Notes under the pieces: generated by a model | Told to the model about the DNA's origin: nothing | Seen by the model: only the letters and a program-made list of their open reading frames with translations | Databases searched by the model: none | In this document: piece by piece, positions 1 through 12,760 of the stretch | Position numbering within the stretch: position 1 is the first letter of the stretch | Layout: every line of letters starts with the position of its first letter | Position numbers and translations under genes: made by a program | Assembly: GCA_964016885.1 (NCBI GenBank) | Contig: OZ024741.1 | Location: 78,368,001 to 78,432,000, forward strand | Reading direction: 5' to 3' | DNA length: 64,000 nucleotides | Source of the DNA: Eledone cirrhosa | Taxonomy: Eukaryota

Positions 1-90
1 AACGAGCCAGAACATATATAAACAAGGTTTAGCAAATAATGAAAAAGTTTCAAAATAAATTTTAAAAAATTGACTTTACCTAATATAGTT

Positions 91-173
91 ACCTTTACCG
101 ATCGGTTTCGAATCCCAAAAATAAACGGAGGCCATAAGGCCTTCGTTGCAAAGAAAGATTCTCGTCAGAAGGT
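91..173 (-). ncRNA. Type I hammerhead ribozyme (intact core, long stem II)
   Basis: Minus strand: ACCUU-CUGACGA-GAAUC...GAUUC-GAAA-CCGAUCGG-UA-AAGGU. Stem I is ACCUU/AAGGU and stem III is the palindrome ACCGAUCGGU. Confidence 0.85.
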
Positions 174-516
174 TCTTTTCATTCGAAGAATATAAAATTC
201 TTGAATTTAAATTACGAACTAGCGCTATCCAAAACTGTTCCCGAGATGAGAGTGAATGAAGTGGAATCAATTTGTGCATAAAGGAACACATATCCTATTA
301 TTACTATTCTCCTCTATTGTTGAGAAGCAAATTTGGTCGTTCCGACTGCTGCTAGTGATAGTTGCGGCCGGTTGACCTACCTCCCTCTGCCTCTGTCTTT
401 ACTTCGGCCCTTGAAAAAATTGATTCCACTTCATTCACTCTCATCTCGGGAACAGTTTTGGATAGCGCTAGTTCGTAATTTAAATTCAAGAATTTTATAT
501 TCTTCGAATGAAAAGA

Positions 517-599
517 ACCTTCTGACGAGAATCTTTCTTTGCAACGAAGGCCGTATGGCCTCCGTTTAATTTTGGGATTCAAAACCGATTGGTAAAGGT
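517..599 (+). ncRNA. Hammerhead ribozyme copy with GAAA->AAAA (G12A) core mutation
   Basis: ACCUU-CUGACGA(522-528)-GAAUC...GAUUC-AAAA(581-584)-CCGAUUGG-UA-AAGGU. Confidence 0.75.
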
Positions 600-666
600 A
601 ACTATAGTAGGTAAAGTCAATTTTTTAAAATTTATTTTGAAACTTTTTCATTATTTGCTAAACCTT

Positions 667-702
<36 letters not shown>

Positions 703-1451
703 GATAAGAAGGGTAGAGTAGAATCCAAAGCCATGTAGTTGCAAAACGAACCTCTTAACCACACAGCCATGCATGTACGTACATTTGTGAATAACCACAA
801 GTCTATGTTAAGTGCTAAATTTGTGAAAAGTCACTAGTCTATGTTGATTGGTGCATTCTTCAATGGTTAAGAATTAGGAACTTCCTATTTACATCAGGTT
901 CTCACCTATCCCACTTCCTGGTGAGTATAAAGTCTATCTTGCTTGCATGAATATAAATATCTATACATAGAACTCTTGGTTAAGGAGATTATTTCACAAT
1001 CATGTGATCACAGGTTTCATCACATGTTGTGCTATCATGGGTTCTTGGATAAGTGTCTTTTACCATAGCTTTGGGTCACCCCCAAAATTGTGAATGAAAC
1101 TGTGTAGAGGGGAAATGTGTAGAAGTTTGGTGATAGATTGTACCTTAATTCAAAGGTCCAGCTTTGTCACATATTGTACCATTCTGATTCTGCTTGAAAA
1201 TTACATTTAATGTATACATGTTTGTGGAATACTCAGCCACTTACACATCCTCGAAACTGAGAGAGAATCCATCATGTAATGTGTGTATGTGCATTACTAT
1301 GTGTGTGTACATTATGTATGTATGTGTGTGTAATGTATGTAGACACTTTATAAAGATCAACATCAGGAATCACATAATGAAGCAATTCAAGAATGGTGTG
1401 AATGTTTCTTAAAATACAAGATGGTATTCTTGGTATTTTTCTCCCCTCTCC

Positions 1452-1483
<32 letters not shown>

Positions 1484-1778
1484 CTCTCATAGACACACAA
1501 ACACCAAAATATAGCTGACAAAAAATACATCAGGGAATTTTCTGCATACTAAAAATATAGTAAAGTCATATGTAATATATCTAAGATTATCCATGCAATT
1601 AATAGGTAAAAAATCCCCAAGAAAGTGTTTAAAATAATCTAAAAAAAATAAAGAAAAAAAATATAACAGATAATTCCAATAGAATTAGTGAAATTTTGGA
1701 AAATATACAAAATACAGTATGGGAATGTATCTTGTCTTTAAGGGCAGTTGGTGGAAGCAATTGAAATGTTTCAGTCAA

Positions 1779-1833
1779 ATTAAACCTCTTCAGCAAACAT
1801 ACTCTACTCAATTGGCAAGATTAAGAATGCTTA

Positions 1834-1891
<58 letters not shown>

Positions 1892-1973
1892 TAAGCATTC
1901 TTAATCTTGCCAATTGAGTAGAGTAGAGTAGAGCAAACATACTCTACTCAATTGGCAAGATTAAGAATGCTTA

Positions 1974-2041
<68 letters not shown>

Positions 2042-2096
2042 TAAGCATTCTTAATCTTGCCAATTGAGTAGAGTATGTTTGCTGAAGAGGTTTAAT
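1779..2096. repeat. Four alternating-orientation copies of a 35-57 bp segment separated by (TA)n
   Basis: The segment CTCTACTCAATTGGCAAGATTAAGAATGCTTAGT lies within 1779-1835 and 1931-1975; its reverse complement lies within 1890-1926 and 2040-2096. Confidence 0.9.
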
Positions 2097-2108
2097 CTAT
2101 ATATATAT

Positions 2109-4119
2109 AGAATGGGGTTGTTCCGAAGGACTGGCGTAGCAGCATCATCGTTAACTGTTATAAGGGTAAAGGAGATGCCCTAGATAGGAGTAACTATAGA
2201 GGCATTAAATTAATCGACCAGGTCATGAAGGTCACAGAAAAAGTAATAGCGCAACTAATCAGAGAGAGAATTGATCTAGATGAAATGCAGTTCGGGTTTG
2301 TGTCAGGCAAAAGTACCACAGACGCTCTTTTCATTGTACAACTACAGGAGAAGTACCTAGCTAAAAGTAAACCCCTATACTTAGCTTTTGTCGACTTGGA
2401 GAAAGCCTTCGACAGAGTCCCCCGTTCCATTATCTGATGGGCTCTTAGAAAACTAGGTGTTGACGAATGGCTTGTGAGAGCTATACAAGCCATGTATAAA
2501 GAAACAGTCAGCAAGGTTAGAATTAACAACGAATATAGTGAAGAGTTTAGCGTAAAAGTTGGCGTCCATCAGGGCTCTGTTCTCAGCCCCCTACTATTTA
2601 TTATTGCCCTTCAGGCTATAACAGAGGAGTTCAAGACCGGTTGCCCATGGGAACTCCTATACACAGATGACCTAACACTCATAGCTGAATCAATGGCCGA
2701 GCTAGAGAAGAAATTCCAAACATGGAAGCACGGCCTAGAATCAAAAGGCCTTAAAATTAACCTGGCTAAGACTAAAGTTCTAGTTTGTAAGAAAGAAAAT
2801 AAGGCGGCGGTCCCTTCCGGGAAGTGGCCATGCTCAGTGTGTAGGAAAGGCATAGGTAGAAACTCCATTTGGTGTCCCAAATGCAAAGTATGGGTGCATA
2901 AAAGATGTCGTGGGATCACAGGTAAGCTAACTTAGAACATAGATTTTACATGTGGCCGGTGCTCTGGTGCAATAAGTAGCAGCAAGTGCCCACAAAATAC
3001 TAGCTCTTTCAACTGCGCAGAGGGTTCTATAGAAATAGTGGACAGCTTCCGTTACCTGGGTGACAAAATCAGCAGTGGGGGAGGGTGCTCTGAAAGTACA
3101 GTAGCTAGAGTCAGAACTGGATGGAAAAAATCAGAGAGCTTATACCACTATTAGCCGCTAAAGGGTTCTCCCTAAAAATGAAAGGCAGGTTGTATGATGC
3201 CTGCATACGAACAGCAATGTTGCATGGCAGTAAGACCTAGGCATTGTGTGCAGAGGATATATGCAGACTAGAGAGAAATGAAGCTTGCATGCTCCGCTGG
3301 ATGTGTAATAGTAATATACGTGAACGGCAAAGCATAAACGAACTAAGGAAAAAATTAGAAATAAGAGGGATCAGATGTTGTTTACTCGAGAGAAGGCTAC
3401 GTTGGTATGGTCACGTGATGCGCATGAAGGACGATAGCTGTATAACAAAGTGCAGGGCAATAAAGATAGACGGTAGCCACGGAATAGGCAGACCCAGAAG
3501 AACCTGGGACGAGCTGATAAATTCCGACCTCACACACTTACACCTCACCAAGACAATGTCACTGGACCGAGACCTTTGGCGGTACTCAGTAATAGAGAAG
3601 ACCCGCCTTACCTAAATACAAAGTAAAACCTACTACAGTCAGTAGGCATCTTTAACAAAATACACCCCTGTCCCACCACCCCCACCCCATCCACACCGCC
3701 CCTTTCAATGTAAAGTTATGTTGGTACCACAACATCCAGGCCGAAACAAATGAGATCGTGTAGGTGTCACGTAAAAAAACACACAGTTCACGCTGTAATG
3801 TGGCCGTGTAGGCAACACGGTAAAAACCTGCCAGCCCCACACTGTAAATGTGGTTGGTGTTAGGAAGGGCATCCAGCTGTAGAAAACCCGCCAGACAGTC
3901 CACGCTGTAATGTGGGCATGTAGGCAACACGGTAAAAACCTCCCAGACCCACACTGTAAATGTGGTTGGTGTTAGGAAGGGCATCCAGCTGTAGAAAACC
4001 CGCCAGATAGTCCTATGCGAGCAAGATAATCACTCTTGCCTCAAGTGGGAAAACCCCCGTCCAAACCCATGCAAGCGTGGAACACGGATGTTAAACGTTA
4101 ATGATGATGATGATGATGA

Positions 4120-4123
<4 letters not shown>
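2109..4123 (+). mobile_element. 5'-truncated, disrupted RTE-clade LINE
   Basis: RT fragments (FVDLEKAFD, QGSVLSP, YTDD) with stops and frameshifts. The 3' UTR has an internal ~110-bp tandem duplication and a (GAT)n tail running into (TA)n. Same family as 34163-37662. Confidence 0.95.
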
Positions 4124-4195
<72 letters not shown>

Positions 4196-4314
4196 AATGA
4201 ATAATAACAGGTAGACATCATAAAAAGGTAATCTTCCCTACTTTTCTCTCTTCCTTTTCTACTCTATCTTCCCCAACAACCCCACTTAAGGGTATTTACA
4301 TTGTACATTTTACC

Positions 4315-4438
4315 ATTCTGCTCTGAGGAAACAGTGGTCACAGCATTGGATATTTGAGTTCTGCAAGTACTTGTGAATTTGCACGTAGCATAACTAGGCT
4401 GCAGTACCAACGTGGAAACACTTGTAAGCACACGGAAT
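4315..4438 (+). ncRNA. Hammerhead ribozyme-like motif in the Penelope-like element's upstream pseudo-LTR
   Basis: AUUC-UGCU-CUGAGGA(4323-4329)-long imperfect stem II-GAAA(4415-4418)-CACUUG-UA-AGCA-cacg-GAAU. The first pair of stem II is mismatched. Confidence 0.65.
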
Positions 4439-4675
4439 AAATTACCTTTTTATGATGTCTACCTGTTATTATTCATTCTTTATACACACTCCGGAATACT
4501 GAAGGATCAGGAACTAAGTTTCTTCAACAATTCTTCCATAACTCGTAGAGTAACCTCTTACCGTACGTCAACTATATCCAGTGTAGTAATTAACCATTAC
4601 TACATCTTGGATAATCCTATACCTAATAATCGCCTCCTACACAGTTGAGCAACCACACCGACACACGGCATTAAT

Positions 4676-6814
4676 ATGGAAAGGCATCATATAGGTATGT
4701 CACTTAAAAACATACCTATACCTAACAAAAGGGAATATATTCTTAGTATGATTCAACGCAATAACGACTTCATTCGGCGTGTACGATGGAAAGCTTTCCA
4801 TTTCGATAAAGGACGCACCAATCACTCGTCTGAATCATATGGTTTTAAATCATGTAAAAACCCACCTACAAACCCTCATCTCGATGCTTTCGAACAAGAT
4901 TTAATGAAAACGACCATGAACATTAAGTTCAACAAACATAGAAATAATGAGCTGCAGAACAACATGAAAGCACTACTCCGAAGATTGCAAAATACCAATG
5001 GAATTGTTGTGAAAGCTGACAAGACTTCTAACGTGTATACCATGGATATCGATACGTACAATAACTTCATACGCAACGAACTACACAAAAAATATAGAAA
5101 AACAAATGAAACTACGCTAGCAAATATTAACAACGAGGCATATAAAGTGGTGAAGAATCTCAAAATAGACGATAGAACCGAGCCGATTATACCCGCTACC
5201 CCCACCTTCAACCTGAAGGACCATAAGGTAAATTTTGACTCTAACCCTAAGATCAGACTTATATGCCCTTCTAAATCAGACATAGGGAAAATTAGCAAAC
5301 ATATACTTGACAGAGTAATAACTCAAGTGAAAAAGAAAATTGAAATTAAATTATGTGGCAACACTAGCGAAGCAATTCGCTGGTTTAATAATGTTAAGAA
5401 TAAGAATAAATCTAAGTTTATACAATTTGACATAGACGAATACTACTCTTCCATCTCACCAAGCACTCTACGTAAGGCCCTATCGTTTGCTAAGGCCAAT
5501 TCCAACCTAACGGAGGACGAAATTAATATTATTCTCGAGGCTAGAAAAACCATTATTAAGTTCGATAACTGCTACTGGGAACGTAAGGACAGACCCACAA
5601 ATTTCGATATTACCATGGGTTCCGACTCGGCGGAGGTCACGGATCTCGTGGGAATTTACATAGCCCACATATTACATAGTAAATTTAGTAATCTACAGGG
5701 GGGGATATACAGAGATGACGGGCTCTTATTAGTTAATAACTTGAATAACCAAAATCTTGAAAGGCTACGGAAAAATATTAGAAAATCTTTTAGTGAACTC
5801 GGTCTAAAAATAACATACGAATACAATCTTAAAGTAGTAAACTTTCTGGACGTAACTCTTAATTTAAATACCGGACAGATACGACCCTTCCACAAGGTAA
5901 ATGAGAACCTTACGTATATTAACTTTAACTCTAACCACCCACTCTCCATGATCAAATCAGTTCCCCGGAGTATTTCTCTTAGAATCTCTCGCCTATCGTC
6001 TAACTCTGATATTTTTAGTGAACACGCTGAATACTACAATAATGCATTAAGGAATGCTGACCACCGGGATACAATAGAATACATTGATAGGAATTTCCAT
6101 AACACACATAGCTCTACACGAAATCAAGGAATGCGTAACCGGGGGACTAAAATACAAGCACACACACACAGTACTACCAGACATACTAATAATAGAAGAT
6201 CACCACCAAATAAATCACGTTGTAGAAAGTATATCTGGTACAATTCTATTTTTAATGCCTCGATTAGTACAAAACTATCTCTTTCATTCTTTAAGTTAAT
6301 CAACAAACACTTCCCTAGTTCCCATAAATACAGCAAAATTCTGAACTCTAAAACTATTAGACTATCATACTCCACGGCACCAAACCTTGAAGCATACATA
6401 AAAAAACTTAACTTAAGGCAATTAAACAACTCTACAAAACAAAACATTTTAGTAACAGATGGGCAGAACGCAATATCTGCCTCCCAACCACTAAATGGGA
6501 GACGGGTATTACACAACCCACCTGTACCGCTATCACAACCTATCCATGGTATACCTGCTACCCACAACAAAGAATGTAACTGCCATCTACCTGAAAGATG
6601 TCCATTGAAGAATGAATGCCTAAAGTCCAACATTGTTTACCAATGCACGGTTGAATCGAACGACCAGAAATGGTATTATATCGGATCTACCACCACATCG
6701 TTTAAATCTCGCTGGTACCGTCATCGATTCTCAATCAAACATCCAAATCACCGTTTTGTGACCACGCTCGCCAACAAGACCTGGCAACTCCGTGAACACA
6801 ACCAACAGTTATAA
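4676..6814 (+). CDS. Penelope-like reverse transcriptase plus C-terminally truncated GIY-YIG endonuclease (probably Naiad-type)
   Basis: 712 aa. Motifs: SLKNIPIP..RWKA N-terminus, KADK, FDIDEYYSSI, MGS..AEV, YRDD, FLDV, CNC..CPL..CL linker, IVY..YIG..FKSR..H. Confidence 0.9.
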   Translation: MERHHIGMSLKNIPIPNKREYILSMIQRNNDFIRRVRWKAFHFDKGRTNHSSESYGFKSCKNPPTNPHLDAFEQDLMKTTMNIKFNKHRNNELQNNMKALLRRLQNTNGIVVKADKTSNVYTMDIDTYNNFIRNELHKKYRKTNETTLANINNEAYKVVKNLKIDDRTEPIIPATPTFNLKDHKVNFDSNPKIRLICPSKSDIGKISKHILDRVITQVKKKIEIKLCGNTSEAIRWFNNVKNKNKSKFIQFDIDEYYSSISPSTLRKALSFAKANSNLTEDEINIILEARKTIIKFDNCYWERKDRPTNFDITMGSDSAEVTDLVGIYIAHILHSKFSNLQGGIYRDDGLLLVNNLNNQNLERLRKNIRKSFSELGLKITYEYNLKVVNFLDVTLNLNTGQIRPFHKVNENLTYINFNSNHPLSMIKSVPRSISLRISRLSSNSDIFSEHAEYYNNALRNADHRDTIEYIDRNFHNTHSSTRNQGMRNRGTKIQAHTHSTTRHTNNRRSPPNKSRCRKYIWYNSIFNASISTKLSLSFFKLINKHFPSSHKYSKILNSKTIRLSYSTAPNLEAYIKKLNLRQLNNSTKQNILVTDGQNAISASQPLNGRRVLHNPPVPLSQPIHGIPATHNKECNCHLPERCPLKNECLKSNIVYQCTVESNDQKWYYIGSTTTSFKSRWYRHRFSIKHPNHRFVTTLANKTWQLREHNQQL

Positions 6815-6845
6815 TCCTATACCTAATATATATATATATATATAT

Positions 6846-7180
6846 ATGGAGGCACATGGCTTAGTGGTTAGAGCATTGGTCTTGCAATCGAAAGGGTTGT
6901 GCATTCAATTCTCAGACCGGGTGATGTGTTGTTTCCTTGAGCAAGACACTTTATTTCACATTGTTCCAGTTTACTCAGCTGTAGAAATGAGATGATAGGG
7001 ACTGGGGTCCCTATTATTCCACTGCAAAGTGGTCGTGGAGGTGCCACGGCAAAAAAGCACCCAGCACTCACTGTAAATGAGGTTGGTGTTAGGAAGGGCA
7101 TCCAGCTGTAGAAATCAAGCCAAAATCAGTTCCCGTCCCACGCTTGCAAGCAGGGAAAAAGCGGACGTAAAAATGAAAAA
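6846..7180 (+). mobile_element. tRNA-derived SINE with CORE-like middle and RTE-derived 3' tail
   Basis: A box TGGCTTAGTGG, B-box-like TTCAATTC, CCTTGAGCAAGACACTT, and tail GGTTGGTGTTAGGAAGGGCATCCAGCTGTAGAAA shared with the RTE 3' UTR. A second copy is at 51578-51930. Confidence 0.85.
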
Positions 7181-8933
7181 AAAACAAAAACAAAAAATAT
7201 ATATATATATATAATGAGTACTTTCCATAATATTACATCAAGATTGACCATACGGAATGATCAATTCTAGCCGGTGGTGAACTAACAAACCTAAATAAAT
7301 AATGCTCCGATAATGTTGAGCACTTTCAGATGTAATATTAAACAGCGGCACTGACTTCAGTGTACAGCTATTGCCAGCATGGGATTAACTGATCTACTTA
7401 CCATTCAGATTTTGGCTGCTCTGTGCTTTGTCTACCGCCCACCCAATCCAATGCTGCTTCCTTGTCGGGAATATTCGGATTCCGACAAAATTCTACGTAT
7501 TATACTTAAACATGTATTGTATTGACTGAACTCTCTACTCTATACTTCAGGACTTTTTGTGATTCTCACTGAGTTCTGGGACCCGAACTTACACTAGGTA
7601 CCACCTGATACCATTCCATCTCTTCCATCCTCTATACATGTGGAGGCTTAGTAAAATCGAAGCTTTGGCTGTGGGCAAGCAAAGTCGACCTACAATATGA
7701 ATGAGTTAGCAAAGCACTCGATAAGGGTAGATCCTTAGAGTAACAACATACGTTTAAATAGCTTGACAAATTGAACATTGTGGTAGGCAAAACCTAACAC
7801 ACAATACCAGAGCAACGAAAAAACTAATAGGTTAAAAAAGATACACCTGGACAAATTAAACGTTTAAAGTGTTTCTGTGAACCCGAAATCATATATCCGA
7901 CTTACCTAACAAGCACGCTCGTGGTATTCCATGACGAACAGAGGATTCATTTCATCAACAGGAGTTCTGTTCTGTCCAAAAGCGAGGTGGATTTTAAATG
8001 CTGCCGCTATGAGTGAGCTGAACGCACATTAAGTTATCACGTGTTATTTCCAACAAGGGAAGCAACCCTCGGTTTTATATATATATATCAAAATTATCAC
8101 AGGGGTACGAAATGCAGGTTAAAATAGCTATAATGTTATTGCCGGAAATAGCTATGATGAAACTTCTGGTATTTAAGCCAAGTTCTCACTTTTAAGTAAC
8201 CTCACTTTGCAGATATCTTCTCACTATGCTGGTCTCTGCAACATCTGACTGTGCAGTAGCTGTGTTATTATGGTGCTACTCTGGCATTTATCACATATGT
8301 GCAATTATTGGATCTTACTCCATGGATTATACCTTAGATTTTGTTTGTTCTATTTGATTGTGATTGTAATAACACATTGAGCTTTATAACTTCTTGGCAT
8401 ATCACAGTATAGTAGATCTGATTACTTGTTAAATTTGTTTATATATATATCAATGTGTTAGGAAAAACAGGCAAGGTGTGAGTAGAAAAACTTATTCAAT
8501 TACACATTCTAATGTGTTTCATCATCGAATTACATCACAATGTCTATGTGAGCTGTTTAGAGATATTAATTGCTCCAATCACTGTGATTTCAGGGTCCAG
8601 TTATAGCTGCCACTGTATAGTGAAGGAGCCATTTCAAAACTGGCTTCTCATAGGGTGCCAGGACAAAATTACGAAAATAACTGTTATCCCACTATATTTG
8701 GTTTTAATATAGCAGGCTAATGTTTTTTGCGTAAATACACTAAATAAGCTCTCTTGCAATAGAGTCAGCATTGTTTTCGTAGTTACACACATATACATGG
8801 CTGTGTGGTTAAGGAGTTTGCTCCCCCAACCATGTGATTTTGACATCACTCTGATTGTACAACACCAAGAGCAAGTGTCTTGCACTATTATAGCCTTCGG
8901 TTGACTAATACCTTTGGAATTAAATTTGATAAA

Positions 8934-11189
8934 GAGTGAGGTGTTCAGGATTGCTAGGCAATGTGTCAAGGAAAACCGTGATATTGTCGGGGAGAAGTGT
9001 GTCCTTAATGATGATGGTGTACTTGCCATCACTGACTCTGATAAGAAGGTAGCTTGGAAGTGTCACTACGAAAGGCTACTAAATGAGGAGAATAAATGGG
9101 AGAAAGACAGTCTCCCCCACATCGATCCAATAGAGGGACCAGCAGTGCAAGTTGAAGGTAGTATAATAAGTAAGGCAATCAAAGATATGAAGACGGGTAA
9201 GGTGGCTGGGCCTTCGGAAATAGTTGCTGAAATGCTGAAAGCATCTGGAACGGTGGGACATACTATGGTCACCCGGATAGTAAACCAAGTCATACAGAAT
9301 GGGGTCGTACCGAAGGACTGGCATAGCAGCATCATCATTAACTGCTACAAGGGTAAAGGAGATGCCCTAGATAGGGGAAACTATAGAGGCATTAAATTAA
9401 TTGACCAGGTCATGAAGGTCACAGAAAAAGTAATAGCGCAACTAATCAGAGAGCGAATTGATCTAGATCAAATGCAGTTCGGGTTTGTGTCAGGTAAAGG
9501 TACCACAGACGCTCTTTTCATTGTACGACAACTACAGGAGAAGTACCTAGCTAAAAGTAAACCCCTATACTTAGCTTTTGTGGAGAAAGCCTTTCACAGA
9601 GTCCCCCGCTCCATTATCTGGTGGGCTCTTAGAAAACTAGGTGTTGATGAATGGCTTGTGAGAGCTATACAACCCATGTATAAAGAAACAGTCAGCAAGG
9701 TTAGAATTAACAACGAATATAGTGAAGAGTTTAGCGTAAAAGTTGGTGTTCATCAGGGCTCCGTTCTTAGCCCCCTACTATTTATTATTGGCCTTCAGGC
9801 TATAACAGAGGAGTTCAAGAACGGCTGCCCATGGGAACTCCTATACGCAGATGATCTTACGCTCATAGCTGAATCAATGGCCGAGCTAGAGAAGAAATTC
9901 CAAACATGGAAGCATGGCCTAGAATCAAAAGGCCTTAAAATTAACCTGGCTAAGACTAAAGTTCTAGTTTGTAGGAAGGAAAATAGGGCACTTGTCCCAT
10001 CTGGTAAATGGCCATGCTCAGTGTGTAGGAAAGGAGTAGGCGGAAACTCCATTTTATGTCCCAAATGCAAAGTAAGGGTGCATAAAAGATGTAGTGGGAT
10101 CACAGGTAAGCTAACAAAGAATATAGATTTTATATGTGGCCGGTGCTCTGGTGCAATAAGTAGCAGCAAGTGCCCACAGAATACTAGCTCATTCCATTGC
10201 ACAGATGGTTTTATAGAAATAGTGGACAGCTTCCGTTACCTGGGTGACAAAATCAGCAGTGGTGGAGGGTGCTCTGAAAGAACAGTAGCTAGACTCAGAA
10301 CGGGATGGAAAAAGTTCAGAGAGCTTATACCACTATTGGCCGCTAAAGGGTTCTCTCTAAAAATGAAAGGCAGGCTGTATGATGCCTGCATACGAACAGC
10401 AATGTTACATGGCAGTGAGACTTGGGCATTGTGTGCAGAGGATATACGCAGACTGGAGAAGAACGAAGCTTGCATGCTCCGTTGGATGTGTAATAGTAAT
10501 ATACGTGAACGGCAAAGCATAAATGAACTAAGGGAGAAATTAGGAATAAGAGGGATCAGATGTTGTTTACTCGAGAGAAGACTATGTTGGTATGGTCACG
10601 TGATGCGCATGAAAGACGACAGCTGTATAAAAAAGTGCAGGGCAATAAAAATAGACGGTAGCCACGGAGTAGGCAGACCCAGAAAAACCTGGGACGACTT
10701 GATAAATTCTGACCTCACACACTTACACCTCTCCAAGACAATGTCACTGGACCGAGATCTTTGGCACTACACAGTAATACAGAAGACCCGCCTTGCCTAA
10801 GTACAAAGCGAAACCTACAGTCAGTAGGCACCTCTTAACAAAAATACACCCCCGTCCCACTACCCCCACCCCATCCACACCACCCCTTTCGATGTAAAGT
10901 TATGTTGGTGTCACAACATCCAGCCCGAAATAAATGAGGTCGTGTAGGTGTCACAACAAAAAAACACACAGTCCACGCTGTAATGTGGCCGTGTAGGTAA
11001 CACGGTAAAAACCTCCCAGTCCACACTGTAAACGTGGTTGGTGTTAGGAAGGGCACCCAGCCGTAGAAAACCCGCCAGACAGTCCTATACAAGCAAGACA
11101 ACCAATCTTGCCTCAAGTGGGAAAATCCCGTCAAAACCCATGCAAGCGTGGAAGATGGACGTTAAACGATGATGATGATGATGATGATG
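8934..11189 (+). mobile_element. 5'-truncated RTE-clade LINE with an open RT region
   Basis: ORF 8914-10800 (628 aa) has YADD and a Cys-rich finger but no endonuclease, and lacks DL in FVDLEKAF. (GAT)n tail present. Confidence 0.95.
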
Positions 11190-11207
11190 AGAAACTACAG
11201 GAGCCCC

Positions 11208-11271
<64 letters not shown>

Positions 11272-11659
11272 ATATATAACGAAGGAAATGTGGTAAGGAA
11301 CCAGATGGACCATAACGCACCAAATTACTCAATACTTAGGGTAGTAGAGTGGGTAATAGGAACATATAGGAATATATATATAGAAAGTCAGAAGAAACAC
11401 ATATATTTAAACATGAGCATAGATACATATATGAGTGTAGCCCACCTTCAACGATGTGGCTCAATGAATGAATTAAATAAATAATCATTAATCAGAGCTA
11501 TATAAAATCACAAGTTTGAAGAACAGGCAGATAAAATGTACCTAATTTTTCTTCTTAGTCCGGAGAAATTAACTAACTTGTAATTTTATATGTGTGTATG
11601 TGTGCTGTGCATGTGAGTGTTTGTATCCATATTTGAGTTTGTGTTTGTGTGTATGTCTT

Positions 11660-12175
11660 ATAAGTTAGCATTTTCACAAAAGAGGTCAATAAAATAAGTA
11701 CCAGACTTTAAAATATAAGTATTGGGACTGATATGATCGACTAAATCCCATTAAGGCAATACCCTAGCATGGCTGCAATCCAGGAATAACATATGTGAGT
11801 GTGTGGGAAATAGATGTTTAACAAAGAAGAGGATGTACTCCCCTTCCCACCTTCCACACCCCTGATACACCTCTCCATACATGCATGGAAAACTGGACTT
11901 GGTCTGTACCTGCTCTCCCACAGTGCTGTAAAATGCTCAAGTTGGTAACAATAAAAAAGTACCGAGTCCACCTTGTTAGTGGCCATGGTGGTACCACAAT
12001 AAAAAAGCACCCAATTCTCACTGTAATGTGGTTGGCATTAGAAAGGGCATCCAGCTATAGAAACTAAGCCATAAAATAGATCCATATGAGCAAGACAGTG
12101 ACTTGTCTCGTAATGTAACAACCTGTCTAACCCATGAAAGCGTGGAAAATAGATGTTAAATGGTGATAATGATAT
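11660..12175 (+). repeat. ~520-bp composite repeat with RTE-like tail; a highly similar inverted copy is at ~26150-26745
   Basis: ORFs 11741..12010(-) and 26433..26648(+) translate almost identically. Confidence 0.85.
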
Positions 12176-12205
12176 ATATATCTATATATATATATAGATA
12201 TATAT

Positions 12206-12760
12206 ATCATCATAATCTTCGTTTAACGTCCATCTTCCACGCTAGCATGGGTTAGACGGGAGTTGTTCCACTTGAGGCAAGGTTGGTCGGGTGACCGTGT
12301 CTCGCTCATATAGGACTATCTGGCAGGTTTTCTACGGCTGGATGCCCTTCCTAACACCAACCACATTTACAGTGTGGAATGGGAACTTTTTACTGTGTTA
12401 CCTACACGGCCATATTACAGTGTGGACTGTGTGTTTTTTTTTGCTGTGACACCTACACGAACTCAATCTCATTATCTCTTTCATTTGGACTGGATGTTGT
12501 GGTATCAACTTTACAGAGAGAGGTTAGTGGGAGTGGGAGGATAGGGTAGGGGTAGTGGATTGGGGTGTATATTTGGTTAAGAGGTGCCTACTGACTGTAG
12601 GTTTCACTTTGTACATAGGCAAAGCGGGTCTTTTGTATTACTGCGTAGCGCCAAAGATCTCGGTCCAGTGACATTGTCCTAGAGAGGTGCAAGTGTGTAA
12701 GGTTGGAATTTATCAAATCGTCCCAGGTTTTTCTGGGTCTACCTACTCTGTAACTACCAT
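12206..12760 (-). mobile_element. RTE LINE 3' end fragment
   Basis: Reverse complement of the RTE C-terminus and 3' UTR. Confidence 0.9.

Larger units (their letters stand above)
15..676. repeat. Long inverted repeat (~260-bp arms at 15-273 and 417-676), with a hammerhead motif in each arm; abuts (TA)n
   Basis: The arms are reverse complements with a few mismatches. ORFs 76..291(-) and 333..569(+) give the same peptide because of the symmetry. Confidence 0.95.
4192..6828 (+). mobile_element. Penelope-like retroelement (pseudo-LTR region with hammerhead plus RT/GIY-YIG ORF), bounded by (TA)n
   Basis: ORF 4676-6814, upstream hammerhead motif followed by AATAAA, and (TA)n on both sides. Confidence 0.85.

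Noticed and set aside
6846-6925. tRNA-like A/B boxes (also at 51578 and in the second SINE family)
   Set aside because: These are SINE heads with no complete cloverleaf, and they continue into SINE body sequence.
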